Shown in pieces: positions 38,030 to 48,209 of a stretch of 48,209 bases of DNA. Source of the DNA: Octopus sinensis (taxonomy: Eukaryota). The stretch spans positions 1-48,209 of the forward strand of contig NW_021834494.1 in NCBI RefSeq assembly GCF_006345805.1, in the 5' to 3' direction. Position 1 is the stretch's first letter. Every line of letters starts with the position of its first letter. Under the pieces are notes generated by a model. That model searched no databases and was not told the origin of the DNA. It saw only the letters and a program-made list of their open reading frames with translations. The position numbers and the translations under genes are program-made.

Positions 38030-38660
38030 TTAAATATTTACTTATTAGATGGCATCTATGAAGATTGATTCACTGGCATTCACTGGTATTTAATAAAGAA
38101 CTACTGGGGTGATAGAGCATGCTAACTATATAATAATTATAATCGAAGAGTTATATTATAAGTTGTGAAGTTATTAGTGCTAAGCTAATATAAAATTCCT
38201 AAGGGTACAAAAATTAGGTTTACATTGATCAGTAAGGTAGAACAGAGGCACCAAAAATTAGTGCGGAATTATCCATACAGCTTCAAATAAGGTGAATAAA
38301 ATCAAAATAAGCAACAGGATATCCAAATGTGATGCAGTACGACCGTTTCAAGCGTCTCCATTTAATTGAACAATGGAATCATTACATCACTTTAAATGCA
38401 GAGCTATCCTCAGCTACGTAAATAAATAAATAGAATTAATTTAATCAGCTTTTATGCAAGTAGCCCTCCTAATTAAGCACCCTTAAGAAACTATATTATC
38501 ATATATGTATTAACACTGGAAACTTTTAAAACTTCTGTTATACCTCTCAGTTCATTATCAATATATAGTTAGCATGTTCTATAGCCTCAATATTCCTCTA
38601 GTAAATACTGGGTATCAGACTTTATAGATAACACCTAATAAATAAATAATTTAGTTTAAA
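38030..38660. repeat. Old inverted repeat (about 185-bp arms) enclosing a hammerhead
   Basis: 38030-38215 resembles the reverse complement of 38475-38660 (shared ATAGA(G/A)CATGCTAACTATATA and TAAGGGT). Confidence 0.6.
38334..38417 (-). ncRNA. Type I hammerhead ribozyme with extended stem II (GUA triplet)
   Basis: GUAG-CUGAGGA-U AGC UCUG CAUUUAA...UUAAAUG GAGAC GCU U-GAAA-CGGUCG-UA-CUGC; core intact, 4-bp stem I. Confidence 0.7.
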
Positions 38661-39144
38661 TGATTGACTCTATACAATAAGTGCCAGGTTTTTAAAATAC
38701 AAAAGCATCGGGGTCGATTCATTCGACAAAAATTCATGAAATACAAAATCGGAAAACCGAATTTGATCACGAGGGTAGTACATTTCTAAGTAGTCACCAG
38801 ACCTGCTAGAAAGAGTAGCTTAATCTTTCTGAAGTAACCCCCACTCCCACCCCTCCTTAACCCATTAACAGTCAGATTATTCTGTTAAATGTAATGCTTA
38901 TTTATTCTTATTGTTTTGAATTAATCTTGCGCATTCAAACTTTTTAACGGCGTGGTAGTTTATTTCTAGAATGGCATTGTCACAGCCACTTTGAACTCAA
39001 AGCAGGTAGAATATTTTGGCTAGATATGTCTAGTTTAAATGCTAAAGGGAACGAGATGATCGTTGGCAACAACGTCTCTGGCATAGGTCTACACACGGGG
39101 GTACTGATATATGGCTATTGCTAATCATCAGCAACAGCAGTAAC

Positions 39145-39292
39145 AGCGGTTTCGATTCCCAGACCGGGCATTGTAAGTATTTATTGAGCAAAAACACCTG
39201 AGTTCCACGAGGCTCTGGCGGCGGGTAGTTGTGAATCTCGATGTACTCTTTCACCACAACTTTCTCTTACTCTTTCTTCCTATTTCTGTCAC
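39145..39292 (+). mobile_element. SINE family B fragment
   Basis: GGTTTCGATTCCCAGACCGGGCATTGTAAGTATTTATTGAGCAAAAACACC matches 6559-6610. Confidence 0.75.
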
Positions 39293-40975
39293 AAAGCAGA
39301 GGAACCATGGTGTAACTCACTATGGTGTGGTACACTTTCAGACCCTGATCTAGATTGCGAATCCTCTGTACCTCAGGATGAGGATAACAACGGAGCTTTC
39401 GCACCCGTGCAACCTCCAGTCTATCGCTTGTAGTGGGTGGATCTTCGAGTTTCTACACGCATTCTTAGTAGCTTAGAGTAGACTCGAATTAGAGGTTATT
39501 CTTTGTGACTAATGGCGTAAGTCCTGATTGGAAGAAGAAGAAGAAGAAGAAGAAAACGTCAGTAAAAACGACAACAGCAGCAATAAACACTTGCGTGTGC
39601 ACCCTATATCCAGACAAGCTGTGTTGTCTGGATATAGGGTGCATGAAAATTTAAATGTACAGTTTTTGTTTGTTGCTTATTTTTTCAATAATATATGTAT
39701 GTTTATGTTCTTAGCAATACTTTAAACTGCATCCCGTATTCAGGCTCCAGTTTGGGAGTTCAGAGGTCTGGAAGTTTATAGAACTACACATTTGTTACCA
39801 CTATTCACAAGTCTGCTGTGCCCCAGGTAGAAACTGTCAAGAGCCTCAGTTGTGGATCAATAGCAAAAGATGATCCTGTGACAGGAGAACTTCAGAGTAA
39901 TCTGTAAATAATCCGGCAGCAATTGACGAAAAACCACTACTTATCTTCGCCAGGACAAATCATGAATCTTCAGACTTTGGCATAGAGATCAAGGATCTCC
40001 GGCACTTGAAGACATGGTACATACATACACGTATGCATGTTTGGTTTTTCTACTTGATTAGAGAATCAGTCTAGTTAGACTCGTCACTCGTTCCAATGGC
40101 AAGGTTATAAAAAAAGAAAATAAATCAAAATTTTCACATAACAATAGTATATAAGTGGCGCTATAAGTTTTTGAAATATTTATTCTTTTCGTTATCCTAT
40201 ATGCAACTATTCATTCATTAAATTTTCAGAATTTTCATATTTTTATAATCAATATCGTGTGTTTTAAAAAGTTAGTTCAGCTGCAAAGAATCCAACTTCT
40301 GACATATTTGAGTCAAACTTATGTCCAATAATAATGGAGATAAAGTTAACTTTTGCGCGAGCATGTGTGTGTGGATATGTGTGCATATATGTACTGGATT
40401 TGCAGGATCCTTAACAATGTCAAGCAGTTTATTTTCTTTTCTACGTTTCATATCACATGGATGCCAGATGCACATATGATAATTTTCACGAGGTTGTGGT
40501 CGTTTTGTTAACCAAACAATATCAGTCTGCTTGTGTTTAGATTGGTTACTACATTCATTTTCAGGTAGCACCAATATCCTCATGATAAATCTATTTCATT
40601 ATCTTCATTTTCATTCGTCGCCATTTTAAGTTTTCACAATTTGCCAGATTCTTGCATTCCGTATAAAAGAATGAAAGGATAGACGAATGAATAGACACAT
40701 AATGCCATATATATCAAGTATATATCAAGATGGTAGCTGACACGGGATAATTCAATGCATAGGTAGATAGTTGCTCCTTAGAATTCGTTAATTAAACTAT
40801 CAAACAGATAGAAAACCACCAGGTGGAAGAGACGTCTGACGTGTGGTACACCGTGCACCTGTAGAGACGATGTTGATTTGATGGAGGGAATAAACTAAAG
40901 TAGAGCACACGCAAACATTGGATCGTGATAACGGACGGACAGACACACAGACAGACGACAGACAGACAGACAGAC

Positions 40976-41006
<31 letters not shown>

Positions 41007-41539
41007 CAAGTTATTAATATTTAGCAGAAGCAGCAGGGTAACTAAAGGGCCGAGAGTTTCTGCTATACGCATATACATATAGTTACGTGCGTGCGTGTGT
41101 GTGTGTTTGCATGTGTGTGTGTGTGTTCTCTTACGTCTAAAAGTACGCGGCATTGGCAAGTCACAACAATGATGAAACATCGATGGTTGTCGCTCACAAA
41201 AGGGACCTGATGTAAATTATCTCGCTTGCCTATGACTTACTTTCAGGTGTTTTAACATCAAGTGCATCGAGAATATATTCTCTTACGCCTAAAAACGCAG
41301 CCGACCCACGGACAAAAACGTATGTCTCTGCTTTTATGCCCTATGCACCTATGTCAGAGGGTCTTTCAAGGCTATTAACACAATTAAGTTGGATATAAAG
41401 ATTGCTTGCATACGCGATTTGCTGACTTATTACGACTATCAAATCTGATGACTGAGTCAATCCAGTACGTTCATTTTCTTCTGTCGCCGGCACATTTTCT
41501 CTCATCGAAAGACAAGACCAGCTGACAAGACCTATCTGA

Positions 41540-42060
41540 GCTAGGCAGATCCTGTGGCACTAAGGATACGAAAAGTTACCTTGAACAAAGGCCACATGGG
41601 GTTCATGACGACGTCTCCATTGCCATTTATGTAATCTCCTGCGTTCGGTTTAAAAGCGCTTTACTCCAGTATCACATAAGGACCTCCATACCTTCTTATC
41701 AATAGCCTTCCTGTAACATTGAAAGGTCGCTTGGTAAGATTATGAACACACGGTTTTGGACGTCCACGAAGCCTATCTGCAGTCTCGATCTTGCTGAAGC
41801 GGTCAATCATTAGGAGTCGATTACCCAATTACCTGGCAACCCGGCAGAGAAGACGACGAAGGACGCAGGCTTCAGAGATGTAGTTCTCCAACTTTCAGAT
41901 GTTTTCGGTAGTAGACATTTTGAGACCGAGAATACTTTAGATCGACCCGATATAGAACGCTCCCAGTTGTCTGATCTGGCCCTGATAAACGCTTTTCCGA
42001 AATACGCAGAGGCCAAGTTCATATGACGGAGTATATATCCGTTCAAGAGTCCAGTGTTAG
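41540..42060 (-). pseudogene. Possible decayed LINE ORF1 (zinc-knuckle remnant)
   Basis: Higher-GC block; minus strand reads VTF followed, after a frameshift, by CHRICLAQIGLVSWSC, loosely CCHC-like. Confidence 0.2.
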
Positions 42061-42753
42061 AGATCATGCTTCCAAGTACGATAAAGATTGCCATATGTAC
42101 ATACATATATATATAATACATATATATTTATGTATCAAGAACATATGTATGTATAAATGTATATATTTGTTTATGCATAGATACATATATATATATTCTT
42201 TTATATGAATGTATATAAATTTATGCATCCACAAAATATATATATCTAGGTAAATACATACATAGATATCAAGGGCCATGTTCATGCATGTGTATATGTG
42301 TATGCTTCTTTGCGTCTTTGCGTCTCCATGAGTGTGACTTTCTACATGTGCGTGTGCAGGAGCGGGTGGATGCATGAGTGCGTGTTTGTTATGCTCGGCA
42401 TTGGCATGTTTTTTGGTGCAAATATCAAAGACCTATAGCACCGAGATTTCCTAAACTCAATTATTTGTTTATTGTTTTGGGGTTTTTTTGCTTCTCACTT
42501 ATTCATTTTTTTCCTCGTAGTGATCGATGTAAAAACATTGGTGCACTTATTAGGAAACCTCCTGTGCGTATAGAATTTTTCAATATGCTATTTGTTTATT
42601 TATGTATTTATCTTGGATTCATGATAAATACATTCATGATATGTATATATGTATATATATATATATATACATACATCTATGTGTATCTATAGACGCACAC
42701 ACACATATATATATATATATACAAATATATATACATATATATGTATAAATATA

Positions 42754-42789
<36 letters not shown>

Positions 42790-43204
42790 TATATACATTG
42801 TCTTTGTTGTGTACCATACGGTCAATCAGTTTTAAATTATAGCTGGTGACATACCCAAATGCTATCACCATAATATATATGTGTGTGTGTGTGCGTGTGT
42901 GTGTGTGTGTATGCATGTATATATATATATATATTTAAATATATATAAATATATGGATGGATGGATGGATGTATATGTATGAATGCGTGTGTGTATGTTT
43001 GCGTGTATGTTTGTGTTTGTGTGTTTGTGTGTCTGTGTCTGTATGCAAATATGAAATAGAAGGGCATTTTCGGAACCAGCCATTCATCAATTACCTGCCT
43101 ACACTTAAGAACAAATAGTCGCAGACAAATGGCGCGCGTTTGGGAGGAAAATCATAGAATTTCCAGTGGGAAATGCATTTGGAAAAGAGGGAAAAAATGA
43201 GAAT

Positions 43205-43263
43205 ACATACATACATACATACATACATAAATACATATATATATATATATATATATTATATAT

Positions 43264-43295
<32 letters not shown>

Positions 43296-43443
43296 GATAT
43301 ATATATGTATGTATATATATATATATGTATAATATATATATAATATATATACACATATATATGTATGTATATATATATACGTATAATATATATGGTATAT
43401 ATATATACACATAGATATGTATATATGTATATATACATGCATA

Positions 43444-43511
<68 letters not shown>

Positions 43512-43520
43512 ATATATACA
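43205..43520. repeat. Compound (TACA)n/(TA)n array, one of many from 42600 to 44580
   Basis: Read directly. Confidence 0.95.
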
Positions 43521-43886
43521 TAGTGTGTGTGATGCATATATATACATATGCATATGCATATATAATTCCTATATGCAACTGTGTAACCCGATAAAAAATA
43601 CATAAGTACAATAATAAAAAGTCGAATAGAAAACACATAAATAACCGGAACCGCAAAAAAAAAGTGCGTGGTAACGACAACAAAAAGAAAAAAAAGAAAA
43701 AATAAAGGATTACAAAAAAAAAATTTCATCGTACAGAATCATCCAAGCCGAACAAGAAATTCTTGCATTTGAACATAGAGTAAGAGTAACATCATAAAAA
43801 AAATCACCTACACACAAAAGCACATACATATATGCGTGTATATATGTGTGCATATATATATTATATATATATATATGCATACACAT

Positions 43887-43944
<58 letters not shown>

Positions 43945-43950
43945 TATATA

Positions 43951-44006
<56 letters not shown>

Positions 44007-44317
44007 TGATGCTCCAGTATGATCGAATCCGCATGAAATAAAACTAAAACAAATATACGTATATGTATGTATATATATGTGTGTATGCATATGTGTGTGT
44101 ACGTATGTGTGTATGTATGTATGTTTGTGGGCGTGTGGGTGAGTGAGTGAGTGAGTGCGTGCGTCTATGTATGTGTTGTATCCGTGTAGTGGTCTGCTTT
44201 ATAGCATTATTCAAGTGGTCAATATACTCTTAAGCCAATCTCTTTTGTGTCCAGCAACTACACAACTCGCACGCGGGAGCACACACTCACACACACACTC
44301 ACACACATACACGTACA

Positions 44318-44428
<111 letters not shown>

Positions 44429-44531
44429 ACATATATATATATATATAATATATATATATATATAATATATATATACATATATATATACATATATATATAT
44501 ACACATACACACATATATATGCATATATATA

Positions 44532-44567
<36 letters not shown>

Positions 44568-44725
44568 TATGTATATATATATATTTGATGTTATGAAACG
44601 GCCAAATGAAGAAAGAAATCTTGAAACAGAATAAGGAAAATTTTTCGAACATTCGGTGCAGCGTTTTATTTCATTTCATTTGATTTTTCATTTGATATTT
44701 TTACCCTCTCCTCCCACCCCGTAGT

Positions 44726-44799
44726 CATTATCATTATTATTATTGTTATTGTTATTATTGTTATTGTTATTATTATTATCATCATCATTATTATTATTA

Positions 44800-44836
<37 letters not shown>

Positions 44837-44862
44837 GCCATCACCATTATTATTATCATTAT
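44726..44862. repeat. (ATT)n/(ATC)n/(GTT)n array
   Basis: Read directly. Confidence 0.9.
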
Positions 44863-46615
44863 ATCTCAGAGGTCAACTGAATATGGCGGTATCTCAGTGC
44901 AATTGTGTAGCGGTTATTTGTAAAGATTACAATCATTGCATCGTTTCAAAGAATTTTTCCCTGTGTGGATGTGTCTACATATATATATATATATATATTT
45001 GTATATGTTTGTGTGTGTGTGTGTGTGTGTGTTCGCGGGCGCACACGTGCGTGATTTTGCGTGTCTGTGTGTTTTGTCTGTACGTGCACACGGGCGTGTA
45101 TGGGATATGAGCGCGTGTATGTGTGTATGTGTATATATGTGTATCGGTCTGTGTGCTTCCTTTTCAAGATCTGCCCATATTGACTAGCGATCGATTTTGC
45201 GCGGAGAACGTTCTGTACCATGTATCATTGAACCCCTTCCTCCCAAACGTTTACACACACACACACACACCACACACACGCACACACGCACATGCATACA
45301 AATATATATACACACAAACACACATACACTAACGTGCACCCACGCACATACACACGTTCACAATCAAACTTATATATATATAGGCAGTGGTGGAAATGAG
45401 GGAAAAAAAAGGGAAATTTTAGAAAAACAAAAATAAAATAAAACATACAACAAACACACAAAGCAAAATAACATCTAAAGATCCAAAAAGAGAGCCCTGT
45501 GTGATATTACATCATTTATCGCTCCATGTATTTAGTACATTCGGTGCAATTTGATACTCCATTATGCATGGTTTATAGCAGTTTCTTGAGTATATTATTT
45601 ATTTCCTTTTGGGGTTATTTTTTTATTTTTTGTTTAAGTTTTGATCCATTCATATCGTAGTAAATAAGCTACATCAATATCATCGAACTCTCATGATATA
45701 TGTGCGAGTGTATATGTCTACTGTGTATGCATGCATGCACATATGTCTGTATATATGTTCCAATGTATGTATGTATGTATGTATGTATGTATGTATGTAT
45801 GTATGTATGTATGTATGTATGTGATAAGTATGATTTTAAGCTGCTCGCAGTAGAAGGTCCCTCCTTCGGGAGTTCCGGGGTCTTGAAGGTGTCTGGAACC
45901 ACCTCTTAGCCACTTTTGTTCCCTGGACTACTCTGACCCAGACGATCCCAATTATGGATTAATAGCATATCACAGAAGTACTTTTTAAAGAAAGGCAAAC
46001 AGAGGCGGCCCCAAGAACTCAAGACATATGGGGACGTTAGCTCTACACTATTCATGCCTTCTATAACAATATTCTTAGTTCAGGTTGTTCAGCAATTTCT
46101 TACTGAACCCTCATTCATCGAAGAGACGCAAGAAAACATATGGTCCAGTACTAACGACCTTTATCTGTTCATTAGTACTGGAAGCTTAAACAGGGTCTGG
46201 ATATCTTCCGCGAGTTCCGTCCACAGGACAACTTACGCAGATGACTGGTAATAAAGTCACAATTTTGGCTAGGAAAAAAGGCACAGGAAGAAAGTCACAA
46301 TTAATTTATGGGATCCGGACAAACCCCGCCCCCTAGGAAAAATCCCCTCTGACAAAACACCCTCGGACAAAACACCCTCTGACTTTTTCCCTGTGTTATT
46401 TTATCTGGGTTCCTTGCACGAATTCTGTTTTGTGCGAGTTCTGTCCACAGGAGTAATGTTTCTAAATAAGCCATTATCTCTTCAAGACCAAAGATCCTAT
46501 TGGATCTATAGATTGTTTCCCTAGCCACTGGGGAAAACGTGTTTACACAACGTACATATTGTGACCTTTGAAATTATTTGGATCTTGGCACTTATTTGAT
46601 TACTATATATATTTG

Positions 46616-46669
<54 letters not shown>

Positions 46670-46863
46670 AGCGTGCGTGTGTGTATGTGTGTATTAAGGA
46701 TTGCTTTTATGTTCATTTATAATAAAAACAATTTCACATTAATATGATGTATTGCTCTATACTTTTCTAGAGTACAAATTTATTCTTAACAAGACTTTTG
46801 TCGACAGTAACTTCCAAGTTTCAGCCAGCTAATTCATCGATGAACAGCATATACACATATACG

Positions 46864-46934
<71 letters not shown>

Positions 46935-47110
46935 ATGTGGTGTGTATCCATGTATATATATATATATATATCCAAATATATATCTAATTTACATCCCTTT
47001 AAAAATAAGCAATATAATTAAGCATTAAAGATTCAAAATTAAGAATTAAAAATTGAAAATAAAAGTTATACTTTGTAATATCAAGAATTAAAATTTATAC
47101 ATTATATACA

Positions 47111-48209
47111 TATTACATTGACGGAAAGTTCTGAGCGTTTTTTTAATATGCAAAAAGTGATATAAATAATAGACCTTTCCATAAATTTTATTCAATGAAA
47201 TAATTTCCATTGTTATTGTTGACCTTTGCCCTCCTAACAGGCAATTTAAATATTTCATCAGCATAAAATTTGACTGGTTTCGAAGAAAAAAGTTAGCTAG
47301 ATGCACTTGACTCCATCTAAATCGTTGCAATGAGTTCTGTAGAATGAAAAACAAGTGGTAGTCTGATGACGCAATATCAGGAGAATATGGTGGTGGGGTA
47401 ATAGACAGCAGCAAAGTTCATTCATCTTTCTTCGGGTAGCCAAAAACATGTGGTCGGACAATGTCTTATTGAAATATTACCCCTTTCCTATTGGCAATCT
47501 TCGGCCTCAATTCTTTTATTTTTTAGTTCAAATTAGCCAGGTAACGACAGTACACATCAGAATTAAAGGTCTGGTTTTGTGGGAGAAGCTCATGATAAAT
47601 AATGCCTTTATGATCCCACCAGACTCAAAGCATAGATGATTTTTTGCATGGATATTCGTCTTAGGTTGCTGTTTGGGGGGATCCTTACGCAAACTTCAGA
47701 ATCTTTTTTGCTCTATGTTTTTGTTTACGATCCATTTTTCATCTCCAGTCACAAGTTGTTTTAAAAAAAAGGCATGCTTTTATTCCGTTTCAAAAGCATA
47801 CCACAAACGGATGCCGCCCTAAGCAATTCTTTTCTGAGAGTTTATGAGAAATGTATCCGAGCTTCACTATGTGTATGTGAGCCGTACTTTTCGAAACTTC
47901 TAACTTTTCTGTTAGTTCTCTAGTAGTGATACTTGAGTTTTCTTCGATTTTTGCCGTCAAAACATCATCCAATTTGCAAGGTCTTCCACTGCAAGTGTCA
48001 TCTTCCAAGCTAAACTCTAAATTTCGCAAACCAACTTCGAACAGTTGATTCACTTGCAGCATCATCACCAAAAATCAAAAAGGTTTTTGCAAGTCTTTGC
48101 AGCATTTTCTCCTTTTTTTAAAACAAGAGAAGCATTACAACGCGAACATGAAATTTTGGGTTATCCATTTCAAATGTCAACAATCAGTAACCAGAATGAA
48201 AGATACATC
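47111..48209 (-). mobile_element. Near-complete mariner element; transposase pseudogene 47188-48168; other TIR beyond the window
   Basis: MDNPKFHVRVVML start; SLEDDTCSGRP and ITTRELTEKLEVSKSTAH (HTH); LVTGDEKWIV; FQ*DIVRPH; YSPDIASSDYHLF; NGNYFIE*; TIR TA|TTACATTGACGGAAAGTTCTGAGCG at 47111. Confidence 0.92.

Noticed and set aside
37600-38700. Mitochondrial insertion (NUMT) or Polinton polB remnant
   Set aside because: No convincing mitochondrial or polB motif in any frame; part of the block is better explained by the inverted repeat and HHR.
39393-39419. Minus-strand CTGGAGG-T-TGCAC GG GTGC-GAAA-GC-TC
   Set aside because: Two invariant core positions are wrong and there is no stem I.
41444-41520. 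CTGATGA with a distant GAAA
   Set aside because: No coherent stems.
43737-43779. Plus-strand exon-like [14 protein letters not shown]
   Set aside because: Acceptor context is A-rich and I found no phase-compatible partner; such matches are expected by chance in 48 kb.

Overview
AT-rich, microsatellite-saturated eukaryotic intronic/intergenic DNA. The SINE repertoire and repeat density point to an octopus (cephalopod) genome; this is inferred from pattern recognition, not a database search. I recognise no intact protein-coding gene, rRNA, true tRNA gene or CRISPR array, and nearly all ORFs in the track are translations of simple repeats. The window holds decayed RTE LINEs, three Tc1/mariner transposase pseudogenes, mariner MITEs, Helentron-associated (DINE-1/HINE-like) elements and many tRNA-derived SINEs. 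The main unexplained signal is a set of at least six loci with type I hammerhead ribozyme (HHR) cores (CUGANGA-stem II-GAAA-palindromic stem III-UH), apparently unrelated outside the core. Five of the six lie in tandem or inverted (fold-back) repeats. The best is a 699-bp insertion with a 12-bp target-site duplication (TSD) and a 355-nt unit. This architecture fits non-autonomous Penelope-like element (PLE) pseudo-LTRs or retrozymes. A few phase-compatible minus-strand exon candidates may belong to a host gene, at low confidence.
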